The notes under the pieces: model-generated | Seen by the model: only the letters and a program-made list of their open reading frames with translations | Told to the model about the DNA's origin: nothing | Database searches by the model: none | Part shown: positions 1 to 8,802 of the stretch, in pieces | How the letters are laid out: the number at the start of each line of letters is the position of its first letter | Numbering within the stretch: position 1 is the first letter of the stretch | DNA from: Planctomycetota bacterium | Lineage (GTDB): Bacteria; Planctomycetota; UBA11346 | Length of the DNA stretch: 64,000 bases | Reading direction: 5' to 3' | Assembly (NCBI GenBank): GCA_038213805.1 | Contig: JBBQSO010000009.1 | Coordinates: 1 to 64,000 of the forward strand | Made by a program: the position numbers and the translations under genes

Positions 1-440
1 AGCATGGTACCGCGTGCCGCCGCGACCGCCGCCAGCCCGGCGAGATCGCACATCCGCCCGGCGACGTGCACCGGCACCACCACGTCCAGGCGCTCACCGC
101 AGGCGGCGAGGATCTCCGGGGTCAGCAGCAGGGTGTGCGGATCGACGTCGAGCAGCACCACCTCGGCACCGAGCAGCAGGGCCTGGGTGGCGGTGGCGAC
201 AAAGGTGATCGCCGGCACGCCGACGCGCGTGCCCGGCCCGATGCCCGCGACCTGGTAGAGCAGGCGCAGCGCGCTGGTGCCGTTGGCCACCGCCACCGCA
301 TAAGGCGCCCCGCTCGCCGCGCGGATTGCGGCCTCAAAGGCGTCCACCGCCGCCCCGCAGGTCAGCGCCGGCCCGCGCAGGACCTCCGCCACTGCGGCGA
401 TGTCTTCTTCGGTGATGCAATGGCGTCCGTACCCGATCAC
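1..440 (-). CDS. DegT/DnrJ/EryC1/StrS-family PLP sugar aminotransferase, PseC-like (5' part only; runs off the window edge)
   Basis: Not in the ORF track. Manual translation from GTG at 440 gives MIGYGRHCITEEDIAAVAEVLRGPALTCGAAVDAFE...AVAVANGTSAL...VPAITFVATA...VVLLDVDP...VVVPVHVAG, the typical N-terminus of this family. Divergent from flagellin. Confidence 0.85.
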   Translation of the reverse strand, partial: MIGYGRHCITEEDIAAVAEVLRGPALTCGAAVDAFEAAIRAASGAPYAVAVANGTSALRLLYQVAGIGPGTRVGVPAITFVATATQALLLGAEVVLLDVDPHTLLLTPEILAACGERLDVVVPVHVAGRMCDLAGLAAVAAARGTM

Positions 441-531
441 GTGTCATCCCCCGGACACCAGGATGCATCACTGCGCGCGAATCCGCAACCGGCGTACGCG
501 CGATGGAACACCTGCACCATTCCCACTGATT

Positions 532-547
532 TGGCCCGCCGCGTGCG
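532..547 (+). promoter_or_regulatory. Candidate sigma-54 (-24/-12) promoter for flagellin
   Basis: TGGCCCG-CCGC-GTGCG with GG(533-534)-N10-GC(545-546), about 22 nt upstream of the ATG; GGAG RBS at 559-562. Imperfect match in GC-rich DNA. Confidence 0.35.
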
Positions 548-568
548 TTACCCCCCGCGGAGACCCCC

Positions 569-2209
569 ATGTCACTCTCGATCGGCTTCAACGTCTCCGC
601 CCAGCACGCCCACGCCAACCTGGTCGCCGCCGACCGCAGCCTGAGCGACTCCATCAGTCGCCTCTCTTCCGGTCTGCGCATCAGCCGCGCCGGCGATGAT
701 CCCGCGGCCATGGTGCTGGCCAACAACCTCCGCCACAACCTCAGCGGCATCACCCAGGCCAGCCAGAACAGCGAGGAAGGGGTGACGATGGTGCAGACGG
801 CGGAGGGCTCGATGGACCAGATCTCGGCGCTGCTCTCGCGCATGCGCACGCTCGCGGTGCAGGCGGCCAACGACAGCATCCAGGACGTCACCAGCCGGCA
901 GGCGCTGCAGGACGAACTCGACGCCGCGGTGTCCAGCATCACCCGCACCGCCGATAGCGCGAGCTTCGGCTCCAAGAAGCTGCTCCAGGGCGCGCTCGCC
1001 GACAACACCCTGGCGGTGCCGGCGCAGGCGCTGTTCTCCGCCTCCGCCCAGAACGCCGCGCAGTTGCCGGGCGGGATCCGAGCGGGCAGTCCGCTCACCG
1101 CCACCGTCGCCGCGCCGGGCATCACCTTGGCGCGCAGCACCTACCAGGTGACCCTCACCACCGACGGCATCACCCCGGCCGCGGCCACGGCACCGTTGCA
1201 GGGTCTGATCCAGAACGGGCAGCCGCTGACCGGAATCGCGGGCGGCACGGTGACCATCGCCGGCGCGCTCGGCAGCCGCACCCTGACCCTGCCAGCCAAC
1301 GCCACGATCAACGATTTCCTCGCCCAGGTGAACGCCTTCAGCACGCAGATCGGCGCCAAGGCCGCCTACGACGCCAGCACCGGCGCGCTCACCGTCGAGA
1401 GCACCTCCAGCGGCGCGCAGACCTTCACCATCACCAGCAGCGACATGACCGGCGCGGGCATCGGCCTGCTCGATTCCGACACTACCGGTCCGACCAACAC
1501 CTTCCTCACCGCCGCGGCCGCCCAGACCATCGACCTCGCCTACACCGATGCCGCGGGCACGGTGCGCTCACTGACGCTGACCCAGGACGGCACCTCACCC
1601 GGCGGCCTGACCTTCACCAACCTCGCCGGCGGCCCCGAGGCCGCGCCGCCCTACACGTCGTTCGCGCCCGGCGCGTTCAGCTGGACGGTGAAGGACACCA
1701 GCGGCGGCGCGGTCGGCTCGGCCACCACCGTGCCCGCGGGCAGCTACGGCGCGACCCGCAGCAGCACGACCTTCATCCAGACCGGCGCGCTCGCCAACCA
1801 GACCACCACCATCGATATCCCGGACATGCGCGCCGCAGCCCTCGGCTACAGCGCCGGGCTGGTTGGCAGCAACTTCGGCAGCCTGCAGGATCTCACCAAC
1901 GGCCATGCCCTGCTGGTCGGCGACGCCACCAAAGCGCTGCAAGTCATAGACGCGGCGATCAATGAGGTCAGCTCAGCGCGCGGCAAGCTCGGCGCGGTGC
2001 AGGCGAACGGCCTGGAAACCACGCTCAGCACGCTGCAAAGCTCGATCACCAATTTGACCGCCGCCGAGAGCAGCCTGCGCGACGTCGATTTCGCCGCGGA
2101 AAGCGCCAATTTCGCGCGCAACAATATCATCTACCAGGCGGCCACGGCGATGCTCGCCCAGGCCAATCAGATTCCGCAGACGGTGCTCAAGATGCTGAAC
2201 AATGGCTGA
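569..2209 (+). CDS. fliC: Flagellin
   Basis: N-terminal RLSSGLRISRAGDDPAA...QTAEGSM...RMRTLAVQAAND; C-terminal RGKLGAVQ...NLTAAESSLRDVDFAAE...AMLAQANQIPQTVLKML; Thr/Gly/Ala-rich variable middle. Confidence 0.97.
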   Translation: MSLSIGFNVSAQHAHANLVAADRSLSDSISRLSSGLRISRAGDDPAAMVLANNLRHNLSGITQASQNSEEGVTMVQTAEGSMDQISALLSRMRTLAVQAANDSIQDVTSRQALQDELDAAVSSITRTADSASFGSKKLLQGALADNTLAVPAQALFSASAQNAAQLPGGIRAGSPLTATVAAPGITLARSTYQVTLTTDGITPAAATAPLQGLIQNGQPLTGIAGGTVTIAGALGSRTLTLPANATINDFLAQVNAFSTQIGAKAAYDASTGALTVESTSSGAQTFTITSSDMTGAGIGLLDSDTTGPTNTFLTAAAAQTIDLAYTDAAGTVRSLTLTQDGTSPGGLTFTNLAGGPEAAPPYTSFAPGAFSWTVKDTSGGAVGSATTVPAGSYGATRSSTTFIQTGALANQTTTIDIPDMRAAALGYSAGLVGSNFGSLQDLTNGHALLVGDATKALQVIDAAINEVSSARGKLGAVQANGLETTLSTLQSSITNLTAAESSLRDVDFAAESANFARNNIIYQAATAMLAQANQIPQTVLKMLNNG

Positions 2210-2358
2210 TGGCTGATGGCTGATGGCTGATGGCTGGCAGCTGGCAGCTGGCTGATCCTTGCCTGGTATCTGTTTCGAATTCGGAGTTGCGATGCCCACG
2301 AACGAGGCGCTGCGGCGCGCAGCGCCGTCAGCCATCAGCCATCAGCCATCAGATCAGC
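2203..2358. repeat. Inverted pair of heptamer tandem arrays, (TGGCTGA)4+ ... (TCAGCCA)3+
   Basis: The left arm's first unit contains the fliC TGA. The right arm ends at the stop codon of the convergent gene (2359). Internal 9-bp hairpin GGCGCTGCG-gcg-CGCAGCGCC at 2306-2326. Confidence 0.9.
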
Positions 2359-3630
2359 CTACTTCGGCGACTCGGCCGGTGCAGCGCCGGCGGCCCCAGG
2401 CACCTTCGGCACCTCCTTGGGCGCGTCCGGATCCGGGCCGAACTCCTTGACCATGGCGATGGCCTGGGCGGTCACCGGGTTCTTGGCGGGGCCGTCGGCG
2501 GCGGCGGCGGCGATCACCCGCGCGACGCGCTCCTGCTCCTTGACGAAGGCGGCCTTCTTCGGGTCCTTGGCCAGGTCAGGCAGGGTCTTCATGGTCTGGG
2601 CCTGCTCCCACACCAGCTGCGCGGCGTGGAAACGCGCCACGCACTTCTGGTCGGGCGATCCGTAGGGCAGCACGTCGAGTTTGAGCAGCTGCAGCAGCGC
2701 GTTGTCCTTGTCGCCCCCCTCCTTCAGGCACAGGCCGAGGCCGAGGCTGACCTGCGCGAGGCGCTCCGGCTGGGCCGGGGTGATCTGCAGCTCCATCTCG
2801 CGGAAGATCGCCACCGCGTCCTTGGGCTTCTTGAGCGGACCGCGCAGCGCCTCGGCGCAGTACATCCTGAAGTGGAACCACACCTCCTGCTCGTCGAAGA
2901 CGCGGAAGGTGTTCTTACGCATGAATTCGGTGAACTTCGCGATGTTGCCTTCCCCACCGGCGATCGCGCAGCGGACCGCATACGCGCGCGAGGCCGCGGC
3001 CGGCACGCTCGACTTCTTGTCGAGGGCCTCGAGTTCGTCCGCGACCTTGACCGCATCCGGGTTCTTGGACAGGGCATAGTCCATGCCCATGTGGTACTTG
3101 GCATCAAGCCACAGCCGATGCGCCGCGACCGGCGGCGTGCCGGTCGGGTTGCCGGAGAACCCGTTGACCACCACGGCGAAGGCCTTGGCCGCGTCCGCGA
3201 ACTTTCCGGCCAGCTCCCAGCACTCGCCCTCGGCGTAGCTGCCGTAGGTCTTCTCCCACTCGCGCATGCCGGCTGAGACCTGGTTGAAGCGCTCGGCGGC
3301 GGTCTCGTAGTTGCCCGCGGCCTTCTCCTCCTCGCCACGCTTCCAGGAGCCGGCCTCCATACCGGCGTAGACGATGCGCACCACCTCGTTCGGCTTGAGA
3401 TGGTTGAGCGCGACGTTGTCGCCCTTGAGGGTGCGGTACGCGATGTCGGTGGCGGTCTCGGACTCGACGTAGGCCGGCAGCGCCAGGCTGCTGCTCTTGC
3501 GGTAGATCAGGTCCTTGCCGTCGCTGTCGGCGGCCACCGCCGCGCCTGCGGAGAAACCTGTGGCGACGAACAGCATGAGGAGGGCGGTGCGGCGCGGGGT
3601 CATGGACGCTCCAGGGCGGATCGGCTTCAC
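2359..3630 (-). CDS. Secreted TPR-like helical protein, function unknown
   Basis: Signal-peptide-like N-terminus (RRTALLMLFVATGFSAGAAVAA) and TPR-like helices. Start overlaps the upstream stop; alternative ATG at 3603. Confidence 0.75.
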   Translation of the reverse strand: MKPIRPGASMTPRRTALLMLFVATGFSAGAAVAADSDGKDLIYRKSSSLALPAYVESETATDIAYRTLKGDNVALNHLKPNEVVRIVYAGMEAGSWKRGEEEKAAGNYETAAERFNQVSAGMREWEKTYGSYAEGECWELAGKFADAAKAFAVVVNGFSGNPTGTPPVAAHRLWLDAKYHMGMDYALSKNPDAVKVADELEALDKKSSVPAAASRAYAVRCAIAGGEGNIAKFTEFMRKNTFRVFDEQEVWFHFRMYCAEALRGPLKKPKDAVAIFREMELQITPAQPERLAQVSLGLGLCLKEGGDKDNALLQLLKLDVLPYGSPDQKCVARFHAAQLVWEQAQTMKTLPDLAKDPKKAAFVKEQERVARVIAAAAADGPAKNPVTAQAIAMVKEFGPDPDAPKEVPKVPGAAGAAPAESPK

Positions 3631-4670
3631 AGGGCGCCGAGGTACTTGCGGTATTCGAGGCGATCCTCGTTGGAGATCGCGGTATCCTTGTCGATCTTGC
3701 CGATGATCTCGCGGGCGAGCTTGTCGCCCGCCTGCTCGACCTCGCGCTCGCTGCTACCGAGCTTGGCGGCGAGCACGGCGTGGTCGAAGGCGACCGTCAG
3801 CTTGCCGGCGGCCGCGAGCTGGCGCGCCCACTCCAGATGCGCGCGGCACTGCGACTCGACCGCGACCGGCGCGTAGGCGACGTGGCGCAGCGCGGCGAGA
3901 CCGTCGTCAGCCTTGCCCGCCGCGATCAGGTCGCTGGCCATGGCCAGGCCGATGTTCGCCCAGGCGGTCGGATCCTCGTCGACCTTGATCTTGCCGAGCG
4001 CCGCGGTGAGGAACGCCGCCGCCTCGGGGAATTTCTTGGCTGCGCGCAGCACCTGCGCCTGGCCGAGGATGCCGCGCATGCCGCCCTCGGGCGAGTTCCA
4101 CGCCTCGGCGTTCTTGGCGAGCAGCGCGTAGTCGGCGGCGGCGCCGTCGTGGTCGCCCTTGGCGAGCTTGAGGTCGGCGCGGCGCCAGGTCACCTCAGGC
4201 AGCTTGACGGTGGTGGGGAAGCGCTCGGTCAGCTCCTTGAGCGCGGCGAGCGCCTCGTCGACCTTCTTCTGCCGGCCGAGCAGATCGGCGAGCGCCATTG
4301 CCGAGCCCACCAGCTCCCACTGGTACTTGGCAGTGGTCAGCGCCTTGCGGTACTGCTCGATGGCCTTGTCGGCCTCGTCGTTCTTGGGGCGCAGCACCTC
4401 ACCGCGCTGGAAGCTCGGATCCTCGGCCGAGGTGTAGTCCACACGCACGTACTTGGAACGCGGCTTGGTCGACGCCACCGGATGCGCGCCCTTGGGGTCG
4501 CCGAGGATGAACTCGACCTGGTCGATGGTCTCGCTGGTCACCCAGGCATTGGCGACCTGTGAGCCGTCGGTGAGGATGATGGTCGCGGGTGCGGGCTCGA
4601 GCGCGGCGCCGCTGGCCGCGAACGGCAGCAGCAGGCACGCGGCCAGCAATGGGAGGGAGGTGCGCTTCAT
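3627..4670 (-). CDS. Secreted TPR protein
   Basis: Signal peptide MKRTSLPLLAACLLLPFAASGA, small beta-rich N-domain (IILTDGSQV), then TPR-like repeats (EALAALKELTERFP). Translationally coupled to its neighbours. Confidence 0.8.
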   Translation of the reverse strand: MKRTSLPLLAACLLLPFAASGAALEPAPATIILTDGSQVANAWVTSETIDQVEFILGDPKGAHPVASTKPRSKYVRVDYTSAEDPSFQRGEVLRPKNDEADKAIEQYRKALTTAKYQWELVGSAMALADLLGRQKKVDEALAALKELTERFPTTVKLPEVTWRRADLKLAKGDHDGAAADYALLAKNAEAWNSPEGGMRGILGQAQVLRAAKKFPEAAAFLTAALGKIKVDEDPTAWANIGLAMASDLIAAGKADDGLAALRHVAYAPVAVESQCRAHLEWARQLAAAGKLTVAFDHAVLAAKLGSSEREVEQAGDKLAREIIGKIDKDTAISNEDRLEYRKYLGAL

Positions 4671-7600
4671 TTGGGATTCGCCTCGCTGGGAGTGGTCTTC
4701 TTGGCCGGGGCCGCGGGCGCCGCTGTCGGTGGCTTCGCGCCTCCAGCAGGCGCCGGCGTTGCTGCCGGCGCGGCCGGTGCTGCGGCCGCCGGCGTTGCGA
4801 CTGGCGCAGCCACCACTGCCGCCGGTGCGGGCGCCGGATCCGCGGCCACGGGCGAACCGACCGCCACGAACACCGTGACGTCACGGTCCTCGTCGGCATC
4901 GTGGGCGACGCGCGCCTCCATCGCCGGCGCGTCGACGTCGACGAAGAGCGCCTCGGACTTGCCGCCGACCTCGATGTGGTCGATGCGGTAGGTCGGCTTC
5001 TCGGTCACACCGCTGTATTCGTAGAGTTTAAGGAAGCTCTCGGCGATCTGCACCGCGCCCGAGTTCTTCGCGCGGCGCACGCGCGCATCGTCCCCCGCCA
5101 GGCGCGGCCCGATCAGGTCGCGCGAGACGCCAGACTTGTTGCGGCGCTTGAACGACAGGTCGTCGTTCAGGCCCTTGACCTCGCCGAGCGCCCCGGAGAG
5201 CTGCCAGACCTGGATGTAGGCCTGCCAATAGGCATCGCGCTGGCTGGGGTCGGTCGCGAGGTCGTCACGGTTCTTGATCGCGATGACACGCGCGGCGTTG
5301 ATCTTGTCCTTGGGCGGTGGTCCGTTCGCACCCGGGTTCTTGATGCCGTCGAGCACCGCGTCGACGTAGCCGATCGCGTAATCGGAATTGTCCGGGTAGC
5401 GCTTGAACAGCTCGAGCAGGATGGGCAGGGCGCGCGCGGTGTCGCCGCCCTCGCGGTAGGCGTGGGCAAGGCGGGTGTTGACGGTCAGGTCGTAGGCCGA
5501 GACCTGGATGAGGTCTTCGAAACCGGCCAGGGCGGCGCCCACCACCTTGTACTGCTCATCGCCGAGCACGGTGCGCAGCGGCGCCAGCACCTTGGTGCGG
5601 AAGTCGGCGATCTTGGCCAGGCACTTCGGGTAGTCGGCGCGCACATGGCCGTTCCACTTGTCGGGCGACGCGCTCTCGAACAGCTTGAGCTCGTCTTCGC
5701 TGTCCCAGGCGAGGTCGACGACCTCGGCCCACGGCTTCTTGAACTCGGCGCGCGTGGCGATCTGCGTGGTGTAGGCGTCGACGACGTTCTTGGTGTCCTT
5801 CTTGAAGGCTTGCAGCTTGCTGTCGGCGAGCAGCGTTTTCTGGTACTTCTCGTAGAGCCCGGCCGCGCGCTCGTGCTCGTTCAGCGTCCACAGCGTGTTG
5901 GCCACCGCGAGCACGTTGACCGGCTTGGTCGCCGGCGTGATCAGCGGCTCGTAGAGGTCGGCGAAGGCGCGCTTGGCCTCGTCGGCGATGGTCGCGAGCT
6001 GCGGCGAGGCGCCTGGCTGGCGCGAGAGCTGGTCGGCCTGGCTCATCACCTGGCTGAACGCGCCAGAGAGCAATATCGAGGCGTTGCGCAGGTCGCTATC
6101 GACGTTCCTGCCCTTGAGGCGCAGCTGCTGGCGCTTGATGATCGCGTAGGCCTGCTGGAACAGCGGCCAATTATGCAGCAGCGGCTGCGGGTCCTTGGCC
6201 TTGTCGCCGGCCAGCGCCGCCTTGTTCATCTCGAACACCGCCTTGGCGAGCTGGCGCACCAGCATGGCGCTGAGCACGTCGTCGCCGGGCGCGGTCTTCC
6301 AGAAGGGCGGATCGAGCTGCTTGATCACCTCCTCGTACTTGCCGTCGGTGATCTTCTTCGCGATGCCCACGCCCAGCACCGTGGTCTGGGTCTGCTCGCA
6401 CAGTTTTTTGCGCGCCGGCGTGATCTTGGGGTCGGCAAGCTCCTGCTTCACCTTCTCCATCACGACATTGATCTCCTGCTCGAGATCATTGCTCAGGCGC
6501 AACGCGGTGTCCTTGTCCTTGGTGTCTTTGCTGGCGCTGAGCTTGTCCACCCACTTGACGGTGGCGGAGCAGATCAGACCGAAGGCGCGCAGGTCCTCCT
6601 CCGGATAGGCCTTGGCATAGGCGCGGGCTAGGCCGATCGCCTCTTCGTGATTGCCTTCGCTGAGGGTGATGACGATGAGGTTCCAGTCCTGCGCCTTGCC
6701 GCTGTCCTCGGGCGCGATGCGCTTCTGCAGCAGGCCGGCCTCTTCGATGAGGTGCTGCGCGGCCTTGTTGCGCGAGCTGACGATATTCGCGTAGTTGTAT
6801 GCCTCGCCGACCAGCTGCTTCACCATCTGGCCGCTGCCTTCGACAAAGGCCGGGTCCTTGCCGGGCATGCGCCAGGGGTTCGGCTTCTTCTGACGCGCCA
6901 GGTCATCGATGCGATCGGCGATGACGCGCGCGCCCTCGATCGACACCAGCGCGGCCTGGTAGCGCCACTCGAGCTTGTTCATGGCGAGCGCGTAGTAGTG
7001 GTACACCTGGGGGGCCTGCTCGATGAATTGCCCCTCATAGGCGGCGGAATTCAAGCCGAGCACGGCATCACGCAGCTGCACCGCGGCCTTCATCACGCTC
7101 TGCCGCGCCAGCCACGGATCGGCGGTACTGCTCGCATCGCTGAAAAGTGACTTCGCGACCGACACCGCCAGCGAGGGATCGGCGGCGATCGGGGGCTTCG
7201 ACCAGCCGCCCTTTGATTCGGGACCCCCGGCGCGCATCCACTGCTTGGCGTAGAAAGCCATGTTGTTACGCACGGCGCCGGCCTCGGCGAGCAGCGCCAT
7301 GCAGCCGCCCTCATCCCCCTTGGCGCGGAGCAGGCGCGCCGCGGATATGTAGGCCTGCGAGAGCTCATCGGAGATGTCCGCCGGGGTGGTCGCGAACTTC
7401 AGCCACGGATCGTTCTTGGCGCGCGCCAGGAACGACTCCCACATCTCCGTGCCCTTGGCGTAGCTTTCGGGCTTGCCTTGCTCGAGGCGCCAGCGCAATG
7501 CGTGCGCCAGCACCTTGAACTGCAGGCCGTAGATCTCGGCGCGCACCTTGGCGTCGTGGAAGTCCTTGGTGTCGAAGTTGATGACCGCGTTCAGGCTGCC

Positions 7601-8506
7601 GTCGACGTCGTCGTCCTTGGCCCCCTTGACCCCGGCGACGACCCCGGCGCTGAGCGTCATCGCGGTGTAGGCCTTGAGGAAGGGATTGGACTCGCCGAAA
7701 TCGAATTCCCAGGTCGCGATCTTCTCGGCAAGGGTCGCCTTACCGTCCGGCATCCAGCTCATCAGCTGCTTGAGGGCCTCGGCGTAGACCTTGGGGTCCT
7801 GGCCGAACTCCGCGCCGCGGAAGGCGGCTTCTCGCAGCTCGGTGTAGCCCGAATTGAAGACCACCAGTGCGTCGAGGCGCAGATTCACCGCCTCTTTCAA
7901 AATGGGCAGGTATTTGGGATCCCGCTCCTCCAGGCCAAGCATGATATCTTCAGCCGGAGCGTGGGCCGCGACCAGTTCATAGGCAGCCTTGAAATCGACA
8001 TCGAGCTGGCGCACCACGGCGTCGAGCATGCGCTTCAGGGCATCCTTCTTCTCGGGCGGGAACTCGGTGATCGGCCTGGGCAGGTACGGGTGCATCAGGC
8101 GCTGGATGTCCTTGGCCAGGCGCTCGAGCCCACTGCCGCCCGACTTGAACAGGCGCAACGCCACCGGTGGCAGGGTGTTCGACTTCGCCGCCGCTTCGAT
8201 CTCGGTACGCAGGGCTTTGGCCTCGGCCTCCATCTTCTTGGCCGGCTCGCCCGCCACCGCGGCCTTGAACTGCTCATCGAAATTGAGGGTCAGGATCTTC
8301 TCGAACCAGCGGCCCTCGTCGGGATAGCCGGCGGCCAGGTACTCGTCGAGCTGGCGCCGGGCGGCGAGGCGCATGCCGAGGAAGGAGAGCTTGTTGACCG
8401 CGGTCGCCTGCACATCGCGATCGCCCGCCGTGGCTGCCATCAACGGGGCCGCCCCCGCAAACGCCAGGGACAGCGCCAAGAGAGTGTTCGATAGGGACTT
8501 GCGCAT
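4667..8506 (-). CDS. Large (1279 aa) secreted all-helical/TPR-like protein
   Basis: Signal peptide MRKSLSNTLLALSLAFAGAAPLMA, Ala/Leu/Lys/Glu-rich helical body, Pro/Ala-rich C-terminal tail, strong coding bias. Confidence 0.8.
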   Translation of the reverse strand: MRKSLSNTLLALSLAFAGAAPLMAATAGDRDVQATAVNKLSFLGMRLAARRQLDEYLAAGYPDEGRWFEKILTLNFDEQFKAAVAGEPAKKMEAEAKALRTEIEAAAKSNTLPPVALRLFKSGGSGLERLAKDIQRLMHPYLPRPITEFPPEKKDALKRMLDAVVRQLDVDFKAAYELVAAHAPAEDIMLGLEERDPKYLPILKEAVNLRLDALVVFNSGYTELREAAFRGAEFGQDPKVYAEALKQLMSWMPDGKATLAEKIATWEFDFGESNPFLKAYTAMTLSAGVVAGVKGAKDDDVDGSLNAVINFDTKDFHDAKVRAEIYGLQFKVLAHALRWRLEQGKPESYAKGTEMWESFLARAKNDPWLKFATTPADISDELSQAYISAARLLRAKGDEGGCMALLAEAGAVRNNMAFYAKQWMRAGGPESKGGWSKPPIAADPSLAVSVAKSLFSDASSTADPWLARQSVMKAAVQLRDAVLGLNSAAYEGQFIEQAPQVYHYYALAMNKLEWRYQAALVSIEGARVIADRIDDLARQKKPNPWRMPGKDPAFVEGSGQMVKQLVGEAYNYANIVSSRNKAAQHLIEEAGLLQKRIAPEDSGKAQDWNLIVITLSEGNHEEAIGLARAYAKAYPEEDLRAFGLICSATVKWVDKLSASKDTKDKDTALRLSNDLEQEINVVMEKVKQELADPKITPARKKLCEQTQTTVLGVGIAKKITDGKYEEVIKQLDPPFWKTAPGDDVLSAMLVRQLAKAVFEMNKAALAGDKAKDPQPLLHNWPLFQQAYAIIKRQQLRLKGRNVDSDLRNASILLSGAFSQVMSQADQLSRQPGASPQLATIADEAKRAFADLYEPLITPATKPVNVLAVANTLWTLNEHERAAGLYEKYQKTLLADSKLQAFKKDTKNVVDAYTTQIATRAEFKKPWAEVVDLAWDSEDELKLFESASPDKWNGHVRADYPKCLAKIADFRTKVLAPLRTVLGDEQYKVVGAALAGFEDLIQVSAYDLTVNTRLAHAYREGGDTARALPILLELFKRYPDNSDYAIGYVDAVLDGIKNPGANGPPPKDKINAARVIAIKNRDDLATDPSQRDAYWQAYIQVWQLSGALGEVKGLNDDLSFKRRNKSGVSRDLIGPRLAGDDARVRRAKNSGAVQIAESFLKLYEYSGVTEKPTYRIDHIEVGGKSEALFVDVDAPAMEARVAHDADEDRDVTVFVAVGSPVAADPAPAPAAVVAAPVATPAAAAPAAPAATPAPAGGAKPPTAAPAAPAKKTTPSEANPK

Positions 8507-8802
8507 GTCTGATCCTTGCCGTGCCGAGGGCCCGCCCGTCCCGGATCGGCCGTGGCGGGGCCGTACGGGCGGGGATGCCTACTGTAACGTGGCTCCCCGG
8601 GCCTTGGCGAGCAAAGCCCCGCCCCCTCCTGGCAGGGTGTAACATACTGAAGGCCGCCCCGTTCACGCCGGATCGGCATGATGCCGGGGGCCACGCCATG
8701 GGCTGGCTGCGCCTGTCTACCGGATGACCCGCGTTATGGGTCCATACTGCGCCCGCGTGCCGGACTGATCGGCCTGCCAGCCAGTCTCGACCCTATCCGG
8801 CT

